NCBI GenBank assembly: GCA_051748025.1
Contig: JBNJGX010000004.1
Span: 1-34,005, forward strand
Origin: Bacteroidota bacterium
GTDB taxonomy: Bacteria > Bacteroidota > Bacteroidia > Bacteroidales > ML635J-15
Length of the DNA stretch: 34,005 nucleotides
Reading direction: 5' to 3'
Part shown: one piece after another, positions 9,840 through 20,233 of the stretch
How positions within the stretch are numbered: the first letter of the stretch is position 1
Layout: each line of letters begins with the position of its first letter
Translations under genes and position numbers: made by a program
The notes under the pieces: model-generated
What the model saw: the letters and a program-made list of their open reading frames with translations, nothing else
Told to the model about the DNA's origin: nothing
The model's database searches: none

Positions 9840-9868
9840 GACACTTAATAAATAAAAAATAATATGCT

Positions 9869-11455
9869 ATGAAGGCTTTGTATAATGTATTCAGGATAAT
9901 TCTCGGGATTGTGTTTGTGTTTTCCGGATTTGTGAAAGTGGTTGATCCCATGGGGGTTGAATTTAAGTTTGTGGATTATTTCTTTGCCATGGGGCTGGAT
10001 TTTTTGGAGCCTGCAGCATTAACATTTGGTGTTTTATTGTCGGCTGCAGAGTTGTTAATAGGAATTTCCCTGCTTTTTAATCTTTTGCCCAAGATAGGGG
10101 CATGGGGAGTAATGTTGTTTATGATTGTCTTCCTGCCTTTAACATTGTGGATTGCCATTGCTGACCCTGTACAGGATTGTGGTTGTTTTGGTGATGCTAT
10201 TATTTTAACAAACTGGGAAACATTCTGGAAAAATGTTGTCATAATGGCAATGACAATCCCTGTTTTTCTTAAACGGAAAACATTTAAACCCCGTTTACCA
10301 CAAAGCATACAATGGCTTATGCTCTTGATTTTCGGTGGGGCTACCATTTGGTTTTCAATTTATTGCCTTAATCATTTGCCAATTATGGATTTCCGTCCTT
10401 ACAGAATTGGGAACAACATTCAGGAGGGAATGGAAATACCTGATTCAGAGAAAGATAATTTACCCGTTTATGAAACAGTGGTTGTTTATGAAAATACTGA
10501 AACAGGTAAAACCAAGGAGTTTGATAGCAACAACATTCCTGAGGGTGATAAGTGGGAATGGAAAGAGACTAAGAATAAGCTGATAGAAGAAGGCTACCAG
10601 CCACCCATTCATGATTTTAGCATTACCACTATGCCATTACAATTTGAAGATGAACACGAACAAGCATTCATTGAACCTGAAGTGTTGTTCGATGCCACTT
10701 ATATGTTTGATATTGACGGGCATACAGAAGAATTCCCCATAGATGAACTCCCAACTGCTGAATGGGAATTTATGTCTGTAAATTCCGACTATGATATTAA
10801 ACCCCAGAACATTGGGCTTATTTATGAAAGAAATGGTGACAGCAAAGAGTTTACCGTGTATGACCTGCCTGCTACAGAGGATTGGAAATTTGTTGATGCC
10901 ATTTATTATAATCCTGAAGATTCTTCTGATGAAACAAATAATCAGCAGCCCGAAGATATAACTGATCTCGTGTTGGCTGATGACAGTTATACCTTTATAA
11001 TAATAAGCTGGGATGTATTGAAAGTTAAAAATAAATACACCGAAAAACTTCATGATTTACATGATTTTTGTGATGTGAATGATATCCCATGCCTTTTCTT
11101 AACTTCCTCCACTGAAAATGATGTAAAAACCTTTGTCGAAGAAACCAATGCGCCTTTTGATTTTTACAGTACCGATCCAATTACCCTGAAAACAATGGTC
11201 CGGTCTAATCCGGGGATTATGCTGATTAAAAAAGGTACCATTCTTGACAAATGGCATATCAACGGTTTTCCGGATGTAAAAGATTTGGATGACCGCCTGA
11301 TTGCACGGTCATTGGAAAAACAGGTGGTGAAAAAAGAAAAATATTTTGTTTGGATGCTTGGATTTGGAATTCTCATTTTTTATGCCTTAATTCATATTTT
11401 TATTAATTATTTGAGACGTAAAAATATTATTGTTGAAAAAAGATCATGGGAATGA
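9869..11455 (+). CDS. DoxX/MauE-like membrane protein with a thioredoxin-fold-like C-terminal domain (BT_3928-like)
   Basis: 528 aa. Four N-terminal TM helices with a DCGCFG motif, an acidic repeat-containing middle, a redoxin-like C-terminal part and a terminal TM helix. It lies directly upstream of tpiA, as I recall for the Bacteroides BT_3928 family. Confidence 0.65.
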   Translation: MKALYNVFRIILGIVFVFSGFVKVVDPMGVEFKFVDYFFAMGLDFLEPAALTFGVLLSAAELLIGISLLFNLLPKIGAWGVMLFMIVFLPLTLWIAIADPVQDCGCFGDAIILTNWETFWKNVVIMAMTIPVFLKRKTFKPRLPQSIQWLMLLIFGGATIWFSIYCLNHLPIMDFRPYRIGNNIQEGMEIPDSEKDNLPVYETVVVYENTETGKTKEFDSNNIPEGDKWEWKETKNKLIEEGYQPPIHDFSITTMPLQFEDEHEQAFIEPEVLFDATYMFDIDGHTEEFPIDELPTAEWEFMSVNSDYDIKPQNIGLIYERNGDSKEFTVYDLPATEDWKFVDAIYYNPEDSSDETNNQQPEDITDLVLADDSYTFIIISWDVLKVKNKYTEKLHDLHDFCDVNDIPCLFLTSSTENDVKTFVEETNAPFDFYSTDPITLKTMVRSNPGIMLIKKGTILDKWHINGFPDVKDLDDRLIARSLEKQVVKKEKYFVWMLGFGILIFYALIHIFINYLRRKNIIVEKRSWE

Positions 11456-12213
11456 AACCAAAAATATTAGCTGCCAACTGGAAAATGAACACAGATTTGC
11501 AGCAGGGAATGAAGCTGGCTGCAGAAATTAATAATCATGTAAACGGCGCCAATATTGATCCCAGAATAAGGATTATACTTGGGGTCCCGTTTACGCATTT
11601 AACGGAAATCGCAGGTATCCTTGATTATCGCCGTATTTCTGTTGCTGCCCAAAATTGTGCTGAATATGACTCAGGTGCCTATACAGGGGAAGTATCCGCA
11701 GAGATGATAAAATCTACCGGTGCGCATTATGTAATAATCGGACACAGTGAAAGACGGCATATTTTCAACGAATCATATGAGGGCATAAAAAATAAAGTTG
11801 ATCTTTGTTTGCAAAATGCCATCCGGCCAATATTTTGCTGTGGTGAAACACTTGAAAACAGGAAAGCAGGAAAACATAAAGACATTGTTGAACAGCAACT
11901 CAAAGCATCACTGTTCCATGTTGATGAGGAAAATCTGAGGCGTAGTGTCATTGCCTATGAACCTGTCTGGGCTATTGGTACCGGCGAAACAGCCACACCG
12001 GAACAGGCACAGGAAATGCATGAATGGATCAGGACACTGCTGAAAAAACAGTATGCTGATATAGATGCTGATGAAATACCTGTTTTATATGGGGGTAGTG
12101 TTAAACCTGAAAATGCAACAGATCTGTTTGAACAAAAAGACATTAATGGTGGCCTGATAGGTGGAGCATCACTTAAAGTGGAATCTTTCATGTCCATTTT
12201 AAAAGCATTATAA
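11452..12213 (+). CDS. tpiA: triosephosphate isomerase
   Basis: Contains AANWKMN, IIGHSERR and AYEPVWAIGTG. I prefer the ATG at 11452 (MKPKILAANWKMN), which overlaps the upstream stop as ATGA. An ATG at 11446 is also possible. Confidence 0.92.
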   Translation: MKPKILAANWKMNTDLQQGMKLAAEINNHVNGANIDPRIRIILGVPFTHLTEIAGILDYRRISVAAQNCAEYDSGAYTGEVSAEMIKSTGAHYVIIGHSERRHIFNESYEGIKNKVDLCLQNAIRPIFCCGETLENRKAGKHKDIVEQQLKASLFHVDEENLRRSVIAYEPVWAIGTGETATPEQAQEMHEWIRTLLKKQYADIDADEIPVLYGGSVKPENATDLFEQKDINGGLIGGASLKVESFMSILKAL

Positions 12214-12225
12214 ACAGATAAAATT

Positions 12226-15200
12226 TTGCCATTTATGATAAAAACTGTTTATAAAATTGTTTGCCTCTCTATTTTTTTGTTTTCATCATGTTTATTGTTT
12301 TCACAGGATGTATTTCCTGAAAAACCCGATGCATTTTGTGAAGAATTTTGCAAAAGTCTGAAGAAAGTAAGGCTTGATGGTAAAGAAGGGAAAGAGCTTG
12401 CCGAAAGTTTTGAGTTTTTCTGGGCTTCAGATAGCCTGAGCCATGATGAAAAAGATGGTTTTATTGAAACAGCAAATTTACTTGTCAACAAAGGTGCCGA
12501 AGAATGGCCCCATTTGTTTATTTATGCCGAAAACATGATGTTGTTTTACCGGCACGGATTCGACAGCGGGCAATATCATGAATGGCGAAATGGATTAATT
12601 ACATTATTAAAAGAACGTAATTATATTAATGCAAAAAAAATATCCGAATACCAGTTTTATGCCAATGATATTTTACGTGATTCTGTAATCTTCAGGCATC
12701 CGAGGATAACCTGGATAGTGTCACAATTTCCTGATAATATTGGTTACAACGAAGAAGATGGGGTGTATATCCGCTTTTCAGATGTAAATATTTATGGTTT
12801 ATATGGCAATGACAGCCTTGTTATAAAGGGAACATCAGGAACAGCCTATCCCATGGATGAAATGTGGAAAGGGCAGCATGGTAAAGTAACATGGGAACGT
12901 GTTTTATTAAGCCCTGATTCTGTATATGCTAATTTGAAAAATTATCAGATAGACCTATCAAAACTGGAATATACTGCTGATTCTGCTAAATTAGTGAATT
13001 TGAATTATTTTGATGAGCCTTTGTATGGGGTTCTTGAAGATAAAGCAGTAAACCTTGATAATCCTGCAAAATCAAGTTATCCACGTTTTAGCACATATAC
13101 AAAAAAAATTAAAATGAAAGGTATGTTGCAAGGTATCGATTATGAAGGTGGTTTTACAATGAAAGGGCAGCGTTTTATAGGTACCGGCGTAAAAGATCAG
13201 AAGGCTAGCATAACCATTGCTAAAAATGATACAATAAAGCTTGTAGCAAAAAGCGAGTCCTTTACCCTTGATCCAAAACAGATTTTTTCCGATGATACAG
13301 AAATAATTTTACATCTTAGTAAGGATTCCATTTATCATCCAAATCTCAGAATGCGATACACTTTTGAAAATAAATTATTAACCCTTCAAAGAGAAAAAGA
13401 AGGGATGTCAAAAGTGTATTTTACAAATTCATATCATGAATTGCATATGGATTTCACATTATTACAGTGGAATATCGATAAATACAAAATGCATTTTGGT
13501 ATGTTAAAATCCATGTCCGAGGTTAATGAGGCCTTTTTTGAATCTGCTGATTATTTCTCAGAAAAGAAATACCGGGATATTCAGGTACGGGACCAGGTGC
13601 ATCCATTTGTTCGTCTCGAAAATTTTGTTCAGGAATGGGGGGGGTCTGAATTTAAGCTGAATGACTTTGCACGTTATATCAATTATTCACCCTATCAGGT
13701 TAAACAACTTATTTTACGTTTGGCTTACCTTGGTTTTGTTCTTTATGATACAGATACAAATCAAATTGAAATTAAGCCTGAAATGTGGGATTATCTCGAT
13801 GCCTTACGTGGAAATGTTGATTATGATGTGATACAACTTTATTCAAAAACCAAGGGAAGAACACCAAATGCAACGCTTAGCTTATTAAATTATGATCTGA
13901 ATATTAACGGTGTTCCGGATGTTCATTTGTCAGATTCTCAAAATGTTGAAATTTATCCCATTGATAAAAAAATTGTTATGAAGAAAAACCGTGATTTTGT
14001 TTTTAATGGTACTATGAAAGCAGGGCAGTTTTTCTTTTATGGCAATGAATTTTTGTTTGATTATGGTAATTTTAAAGTGGATATGCCACTTTGTGATTCT
14101 ATGAAAATGCTTGTAGAAAGCGGTGAAAGGATGGCCGATGGTGGGAAAGTTCTCAAAATTGTTCAGACAACCATTGATAATATTCAAGGGGAATTTTATA
14201 TTGATGATCCAAAAAATAAATCAGGGATAGAAGATATGGAACAATATCCCAAATTCATTTCAAAAAAACATAGTTACGTTTATTATGATGATAAAGAGAT
14301 TTATAACGGTGTATATGATAAAAATAGATTTTTCTTTAAGATTGATCCATTTTCTATTGACAGCCTTGGTGGTTACAGCAAAGAAAACCTTGAATTTGAT
14401 GGCACATTATATTCAGCGGATATTTTTCCTGATATAAAAGAAACCTTGAAAGTACGACCGGATTATTCGCTTGGCTTTAAACGTGTTACACCCCATGATG
14501 GATACCCTGCATATAAAGGAAAAGGGACATATACCAATGAGATAGACCTCAGTAATCAGGGCCTCAAAGGAGAAGGAAAAATTGAATACCTCAACAGCGA
14601 AACCATTGTTGATGATATTATCTTTTTCCCGGACTCGTTACATGCACATGCTACATCATTAGACATTCAAGCACAGACTACTCCGGTTGAGTATCCTGAT
14701 GTTCAGGGTGAAAATAACAAGATTAGATGGTATCCGTACAAAGATGAATATTATGCCAAAAGCATTGATGAAAAATTTGTGATGTTTGAAGATCAATCAC
14801 AGATGAAAGGAGAACTTTTGCTTACACCAGATAGATTGAAAGGGGATGGGGTAATAGATATTGAAAAATCTAAAACAACTTCGAATCAATTTACTTTTCA
14901 GCGTCATGAGATTGATGCAGATACAGCTAATTTTGAAATGTTGGGAGAAGATAAAATTGACATTGATTTTGCAACCAACAATGTAAATGCCCATATTGAT
15001 TTTCCTGAACGAAAAGGATATTTTAAAACAAATGGAGAAGCTTCATCCATTGATTTTCCAAAAAATAAGTATATGGCCTATATGAAAGAGGTGGTATGGC
15101 ATATGGACAAAACCCTTATTGATATTAAAAGTGATGCCAAAACAGCGGAAGAACTTAAGAGAGAACCTGACATGTCTGATGAGGCATGGGAAGATTTGTT

Positions 15201-16743
15201 TCTTGAAGGACCAAAATTTATTTCTGTTCATCCCGATCAGGATTCCCTGAATTTTGTTGCCCCGGTAGCTACTTATGATTTAAAAAATTATATTATTACT
15301 GCTAAAAATGTTAGGTTTATACGAGTAGCTGATGCCACCATTTATACAGGCGATGGCAAAGTGGTGGTGGAAAAAGATGCGGTGATGCAGCCATTACAGG
15401 ATGCAGAGATCATTGCGAATACTACAAACCGTTATCATACAATAAAGAATGCAACGGTTAATATTCAGGGACGAAAATCTTACACAGGATATGGTGATTA
15501 TGAATATGAGGATAAAGCTGGTCAGATTCAGATCATTGCAATGGATAAAGTTGGGGTAGATGAAACCGGGCAGACATATGCCAATGGATCTGTATCCGTA
15601 CCAGATGAATTTAGTCTGAGTCCGAATTTTTCTTTCCAGGGCGATGTGGAAATGTATGCCAGCCAGGAAAACCTCGTTTTTGATGGTGGTGCTAAAATTA
15701 AACATCAATGTGAAGATATTAAGTCGGAATGGTTGAAATTCAAATCAGAAATTGACCCTGAATATGTGGCAATACCTGTGGATAGTGCTCCTGTTAGTAT
15801 CAATCTTAATGAACTTGCTGTAGGCCTTAATATTTATCGTGATTCTTCATATGTGGCGATGTATTCTGAAAAAGTACGGCACACTGATAATAATTTATTT
15901 ATGGCTGACGGTTATCTGGTTTTTGATGAAAAAGACATGGCTTACAAGGTAGCCAATGAAGAAAAACTTGAAGAAGAAAACCTGCCCGGAAACCTACTGA
16001 GATTTGGACGTATCGACTGTACGATGAATGGTTATGGGAAGTTTAATTTTTCGGACAAATTCGGACTGTTTAAGCCCAATCCCATTGGGATGTTTTCTCA
16101 TAAACCGGAGAGTGATACCACACGTATGGATTTGGTGTTGCTTATGGATTTTCATTTTAATGATAAAGCTCTGGATATTTTGGCAGAAGATATAAACAGA
16201 TCTAAAGGCCTTACTGGCACTGACCTTGGCTCTGATATTTATGAACAAGCAATTCTGGAGTATCTTGGCCAGGAAAAAGCCGAAGAATGGTTTTCTGAAT
16301 TAAGCATGGGGAACGTGAAAAATGCTCCGGATGAACTGGAAGAACTGGTTGTCCTCACTGATGTCAATATGAAATGGTACAAAGAAGAAAGTATGTATAT
16401 CCATGAAGGGCCTGTCGGGATGTCTTCTCTTTATGACAATCCTGTAAATAAAAATGTGTTTAGTTTTATTGCGCTTGAGAAAAACCGGCGTGGTGATACA
16501 TATCATATGTATTTTGAACTTGATGAAGAAACCTGGTATTATTTCAGGTATGAATCCGGTAATATGGCTGCCATATCAACAAATAAAGAGTTTAATCAAG
16601 CAGTTTATGATACACGGCCGGGTGAACGTTTAATTAAAGCGCAGGGAGACAGGCCTTCATATAGATATTCCCTGGGATCAAAAACATACATGCGACGTTT
16701 TCTGAAGGATATGAATGAATTGTTTGGATATGAAGAAGATTAA
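12226..16743 (+). CDS. very large (1505 aa) secreted hypothetical protein, no family recognised
   Basis: Uninterrupted 4.5-kb ORF. It has an N-terminal signal peptide (VYKIVCLSIFLFSSCLLFSQD) and no obvious internal repeats. Coding-like composition throughout. Confidence 0.85.
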   Translation: MPFMIKTVYKIVCLSIFLFSSCLLFSQDVFPEKPDAFCEEFCKSLKKVRLDGKEGKELAESFEFFWASDSLSHDEKDGFIETANLLVNKGAEEWPHLFIYAENMMLFYRHGFDSGQYHEWRNGLITLLKERNYINAKKISEYQFYANDILRDSVIFRHPRITWIVSQFPDNIGYNEEDGVYIRFSDVNIYGLYGNDSLVIKGTSGTAYPMDEMWKGQHGKVTWERVLLSPDSVYANLKNYQIDLSKLEYTADSAKLVNLNYFDEPLYGVLEDKAVNLDNPAKSSYPRFSTYTKKIKMKGMLQGIDYEGGFTMKGQRFIGTGVKDQKASITIAKNDTIKLVAKSESFTLDPKQIFSDDTEIILHLSKDSIYHPNLRMRYTFENKLLTLQREKEGMSKVYFTNSYHELHMDFTLLQWNIDKYKMHFGMLKSMSEVNEAFFESADYFSEKKYRDIQVRDQVHPFVRLENFVQEWGGSEFKLNDFARYINYSPYQVKQLILRLAYLGFVLYDTDTNQIEIKPEMWDYLDALRGNVDYDVIQLYSKTKGRTPNATLSLLNYDLNINGVPDVHLSDSQNVEIYPIDKKIVMKKNRDFVFNGTMKAGQFFFYGNEFLFDYGNFKVDMPLCDSMKMLVESGERMADGGKVLKIVQTTIDNIQGEFYIDDPKNKSGIEDMEQYPKFISKKHSYVYYDDKEIYNGVYDKNRFFFKIDPFSIDSLGGYSKENLEFDGTLYSADIFPDIKETLKVRPDYSLGFKRVTPHDGYPAYKGKGTYTNEIDLSNQGLKGEGKIEYLNSETIVDDIIFFPDSLHAHATSLDIQAQTTPVEYPDVQGENNKIRWYPYKDEYYAKSIDEKFVMFEDQSQMKGELLLTPDRLKGDGVIDIEKSKTTSNQFTFQRHEIDADTANFEMLGEDKIDIDFATNNVNAHIDFPERKGYFKTNGEASSIDFPKNKYMAYMKEVVWHMDKTLIDIKSDAKTAEELKREPDMSDEAWEDLFLEGPKFISVHPDQDSLNFVAPVATYDLKNYIITAKNVRFIRVADATIYTGDGKVVVEKDAVMQPLQDAEIIANTTNRYHTIKNATVNIQGRKSYTGYGDYEYEDKAGQIQIIAMDKVGVDETGQTYANGSVSVPDEFSLSPNFSFQGDVEMYASQENLVFDGGAKIKHQCEDIKSEWLKFKSEIDPEYVAIPVDSAPVSINLNELAVGLNIYRDSSYVAMYSEKVRHTDNNLFMADGYLVFDEKDMAYKVANEEKLEEENLPGNLLRFGRIDCTMNGYGKFNFSDKFGLFKPNPIGMFSHKPESDTTRMDLVLLMDFHFNDKALDILAEDINRSKGLTGTDLGSDIYEQAILEYLGQEKAEEWFSELSMGNVKNAPDELEELVVLTDVNMKWYKEESMYIHEGPVGMSSLYDNPVNKNVFSFIALEKNRRGDTYHMYFELDEETWYYFRYESGNMAAISTNKEFNQAVYDTRPGERLIKAQGDRPSYRYSLGSKTYMRRFLKDMNELFGYEED

Positions 16744-18010
16744 AACATATTTTCTTGTATCATATCTTGTGTTTTTTTGGACATGTGTCAGTACAAATGT
16801 TGAAACTGAAAAACATTACAAGCAAAAAACAAATTATGCCTCACTGTATAATCCGGGAAGCGCGAATATCAATCCAAAGGTCAGGGCATACCATGCATCT
16901 CAAAATGAAACTTTCCTTTTCTTTGCTGTTAACCTTGACAATATGATGCCGGCACCGGGAAATGATCAAGAGCAGGGTGGGGGACTGGAGCTGGGATTTA
17001 AATATGCCATCAGAAATGCTGAAACCAGAGAAATTGCCGATTCTGCAACATATTATTACAGTTTTGAACCTGACGAAAGGGGTGTTTTTGTTAATTATGT
17101 TCCCTCAAAACTAAAAAATGACAATCATTATTTTGCTTCTGTTTTTTTTATAGATCAGGTTAAAAAATCGCATAAGCGTATTATACTCAATATTGATAAA
17201 GAAAACAAAAACAACAAAGGGTATTATTTCCCGGAATATCTTGAGCCGGAAAGGTCTCCGGTACTTGATAATTTTATTTCGGGTACCAGAAAAATGCGGA
17301 TAACCTCTGATATGATCAATCAAGACAGTATTTTCAGATTACGTTTTCCCGGGGATACCATTTTGCCTGCGCCACCATATAAAACCAATTCCGGGAAATC
17401 AGGAAAAACTGATTCCATGATTGTTAATTATTATCATTTGGGTGATACAATGACAGTGGATACGGCAGGATACTATTTTTTTACAACTGATACAGCATCC
17501 GGTAACGGCTTGGGTCTATATAAAGGTTCTGAATTTTTCCCATGGATAAAACAACCAGGGGATATGGTAAATCCCGTCAGGTATGTTAGCACCAAAAAAC
17601 AGTACAAAAATATTCTTGAAGCAGAAAATACAAAATTGGCAGTGGACAAATTCTGGTATGATTTGGCCGGGACAAAAGACAGGGCCAAAGAATTGATCCG
17701 GGTTTATTATAACAGGGTTCAATTGGCCAATAATTTTTTTACAACTGAAAAGCCCGGCTGGCAAACCGACAGGGGGATGGTTTATGTCGTACTTGGCGCT
17801 CCGCATGAAGTGTATAAAGATGCCGGAAAAGAAAAATGGGTGTATGGTGCCAGTGATAATTATAAGGGACTGGTGTTTAATTTTATAAATGACACATCAA
17901 CACTGAGCAATAATTCTTATTTACTAATGCGGGACAAGCGGTACAAAGAAGCATGGATGAATGCCGTGCAATCGTGGAAAAAAGGACATCCCTATTCGGT
18001 TCCGGAGTAA
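16730..18010 (+). CDS. GWxTD domain-containing protein
   Basis: C-terminal GWQTDRGMVYVVLGAP...KWVYG matches the GWxTD domain signature. I set the start at MKKIKTYFLVSYLVFFWTCVS (ATG 16730), which overlaps the upstream gene by 14 nt. The track start at 16715 is also possible. Confidence 0.82.
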   Translation: MKKIKTYFLVSYLVFFWTCVSTNVETEKHYKQKTNYASLYNPGSANINPKVRAYHASQNETFLFFAVNLDNMMPAPGNDQEQGGGLELGFKYAIRNAETREIADSATYYYSFEPDERGVFVNYVPSKLKNDNHYFASVFFIDQVKKSHKRIILNIDKENKNNKGYYFPEYLEPERSPVLDNFISGTRKMRITSDMINQDSIFRLRFPGDTILPAPPYKTNSGKSGKTDSMIVNYYHLGDTMTVDTAGYYFFTTDTASGNGLGLYKGSEFFPWIKQPGDMVNPVRYVSTKKQYKNILEAENTKLAVDKFWYDLAGTKDRAKELIRVYYNRVQLANNFFTTEKPGWQTDRGMVYVVLGAPHEVYKDAGKEKWVYGASDNYKGLVFNFINDTSTLSNNSYLLMRDKRYKEAWMNAVQSWKKGHPYSVPE

Positions 18011-18074
18011 GAATAGTATTATGCAACTATTCAGTCATAATTGTTTTGATAATAATGGTTAAAATCGGTTATTT

Positions 18075-18827
18075 ATGAAAAAAGAACCAGTAAAACATGA
18101 TTATATTTTTGGTACCCATGCGGTGCTGGAGGCATTAAAATCTGCTAAAAGCATTGATAAAATACAGGTGAGCAGGGATGTTGACAGTGATAATTATGCT
18201 GAAATCAGGCAACTTGCCAGAAAACAAAATGTTATCATCCAGAAAGTCCCGGTTGATAAAATCAATCGTGTTACCAGGAAAAACCATCAGGGTATTATTG
18301 CCTGGATGTCGCCTGTGGCTTTTTGTAAAATTGAGAATGTCCTGCCGGGAATTTATGAAAATGGATTAACCCCATTCCTCCTTGTCCTTGACGGAATTAC
18401 TGATGTCAGAAACTTTGGTGCTATGGTGCGTACGGCTGAATGTGCAGGTGTACAGACCATAATTATCCCGGATAAAGGAGCTGCAAGAATTAACGCAGAT
18501 GCCATGAAAACTTCTGCCGGTGCACTTAACAGAATTCCTGTGTGTAAAGTCAGTGTCCTCTCCGGTACTTTGAAATTCCTTAAAAATTCAGGCTTAACAG
18601 TGCTGGGAATCACAGAAAAAAGCGAAAATAATTTGTTTGATTCTTCGCTTGACAGGCCGCTTGCCCTTGTAATGGGATCTGAAGACACCGGTATTTCAAA
18701 TCAGGTAATGAAATATGCTGATACCCTTGTAAAAGTACCAATGAAAGGAAAAATAGCTTCGCTGAATGTTTCTGTTGCTGCAGGAGTGGCTATGTACGAA
18801 GTGCTCAGGCAAAGAAATTTTGTATGA
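18075..18827 (+). CDS. rlmB: 23S rRNA (guanosine-2'-O)-methyltransferase RlmB (SpoU/TrmH family)
   Basis: 250 aa. N-terminal substrate-binding domain (IFGTHAVLEAL), then SpoU motifs (LDGITDVRNFGAMVRTAE, LVMGSEDTGIS, SLNVSVAAG). Confidence 0.88.
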   Translation: MKKEPVKHDYIFGTHAVLEALKSAKSIDKIQVSRDVDSDNYAEIRQLARKQNVIIQKVPVDKINRVTRKNHQGIIAWMSPVAFCKIENVLPGIYENGLTPFLLVLDGITDVRNFGAMVRTAECAGVQTIIIPDKGAARINADAMKTSAGALNRIPVCKVSVLSGTLKFLKNSGLTVLGITEKSENNLFDSSLDRPLALVMGSEDTGISNQVMKYADTLVKVPMKGKIASLNVSVAAGVAMYEVLRQRNFV

Positions 18828-18936
18828 TTTTTGCCGGAAAAAAATGATTTTCTTACCATTTGTAAAATAAGTTAATCAGAACTGACGTTTATAAAATATT
18901 ATGTGATAATTAATGTGATGTTGAACCTAAAGTCTG

Positions 18937-19113
18937 ATGCGCATGAATGAAAACTCTACCTATTTTTTTGTTTATGAAAATGACAGTTTGCAGGTAAATG
19001 ATCTTCTTTTTTCGGTTTTTCAGGATTTTAAGGATGCAGAAGCCTTATTGCCTATGGAAAAGCCATCAGAGAATGCTGTTGATCGTTTAAATGATATGAT
19101 CAATCAATTGTAA
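18937..19113 (+). CDS. small hypothetical ORF (58 aa)
   Basis: Hand-found: MRMNENSTYFFVYENDSLQVNDLLFSVFQDFKDAEALLPMEKPSENAVDRLNDMINQL. A strong hairpin terminator lies about 30 nt downstream. There is no homology evidence. Confidence 0.3.
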   Translation: MRMNENSTYFFVYENDSLQVNDLLFSVFQDFKDAEALLPMEKPSENAVDRLNDMINQL

Positions 19114-19142
19114 TGCTCTGAAATTTTTAAGTTGCAAGCTGA

Positions 19143-19179
19143 TATACCAGCCCATTTTGCGGCTGGTATATTTTTATTT
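19143..19179. terminator. intrinsic terminator hairpin shared by convergent transcripts (small ORF on +, lgt on -)
   Basis: Perfect 10-bp stem TATACCAGCC / GGCTGGTATA (19143-19152 / 19161-19170) with an 8-nt loop, followed on + by TTTTTATTT. It begins 3 nt beyond the lgt stop on the other strand. Confidence 0.65.
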
Positions 19180-20016
19180 ATTATCATTTGCGTTTTGCGT
19201 CGTTTTATTACGAAGGCTGTACATCAGTAAGCCAATCCCGGCTGCAATAAACGGCAAACTGAGAATTTGTCCCATATTTAATGACATGGTTTTTTCAAAA
19301 TCCACCTGTACTTCTTTCACAAACTCAATAAAAAACCTGGCTATAAAAATCATGATCAGGAAAATTCCAAGATAAAAACCATGTTGTTGTTGTTTCCACC
19401 GTTTTTTGTAAAGCCACCATAAAACACCAAACGTAATAAGATATGCCAGTGCTTCATAAATCTGTGTGGGATGTGATGCCCAGGTGTCGCCGTTACGCAC
19501 AAATACAAACCCCCAGGCCTTATCAGTGGGATGTCCGTATATTTCTGAATTCATTAAATTTCCAAGCCTGATGAAAGCGCCGGTAAGAGCAGTGGGAATA
19601 GCCACCCGGTCGAGTACATACAGATAATTTCTTATGACAGATTTGCGCACAAAAATAATCAATGCAATTAATATCCCAATTGCACCACCATGACTAGCCA
19701 GCCCGCGAAAACCAATAAAGCGAAACTCAGGCTGAAATTGTACAGGAAGAAAAATCTCCAGGGGATGTTGAGAAAAGTATGCCCAGTCGTAAAACAGGCA
19801 ATGTCCCAGGCGTGCACCAACCAACCCCCCAACAAGCACATAAACAAGGAGGTTGTCAAGCTCTTTAACAGGCACCCCTTCTTTTTTGAACATATGTTTT
19901 ACAATGAAATAACTGACGATAAACCCCAATGCAAACAACAAGGAATAATACCGTAAACCAAAATTGCCTATTTCAAATATCACGGGATCAACATCCCACC
20001 TGATTGATGATAACAT
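19174..20016 (-). CDS. lgt: prolipoprotein diacylglyceryl transferase
   Basis: 280 aa polytopic membrane protein. Contains ...GLRYYSLLFALGF..., GARLGHCLFY, HGGAIG and HPTQIYEAL, typical of Lgt. Confidence 0.9.
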   Translation of the reverse strand: MLSSIRWDVDPVIFEIGNFGLRYYSLLFALGFIVSYFIVKHMFKKEGVPVKELDNLLVYVLVGGLVGARLGHCLFYDWAYFSQHPLEIFLPVQFQPEFRFIGFRGLASHGGAIGILIALIIFVRKSVIRNYLYVLDRVAIPTALTGAFIRLGNLMNSEIYGHPTDKAWGFVFVRNGDTWASHPTQIYEALAYLITFGVLWWLYKKRWKQQQHGFYLGIFLIMIFIARFFIEFVKEVQVDFEKTMSLNMGQILSLPFIAAGIGLLMYSLRNKTTQNANDNK

Positions 20017-20048
20017 GTCATTTTTTATTTAAATGACGAAGATAATGG

Positions 20049-20233
20049 AATTCCTCAAATCCGCAAGTGGTTTACTACTGCATCGCTAAACTATACGCCA
20101 TCTGCGGCAATGCTCAACATTGCGCGCTTCACCGTAGCTACGGCTACGATTACAGGGCTCATGTTGGCGCTTCCCGCATCTAACGTATAGTTTAGCCCTT
20201 CGTTACGCAAACCACTTGCGGATTTGAGGAATT
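20049..20233. repeat. 185-bp GC-rich imperfect palindromic element (long hairpin) with perfect 25-bp termini
   Basis: AATTCCTCAAATCCGCAAGTGGTTT (20049-20073) is the exact reverse complement of 20209-20233. There is a second 13-bp inner pair, GCTAAACTATACG / CGTATAGTTTAGC, and a central palindrome CCGTAGCTACGG. A T7 run follows on +. Confidence 0.7.

Noticed and set aside
20112-20192. Short hydrophobic peptide ORFs inside the 185-bp palindromic element as type I toxins
   Set aside because: Kept only as a remark. Peptide-like ORFs appear on both strands simply because the DNA is palindromic. No promoter, RBS or antisense-RNA arrangement can be shown.
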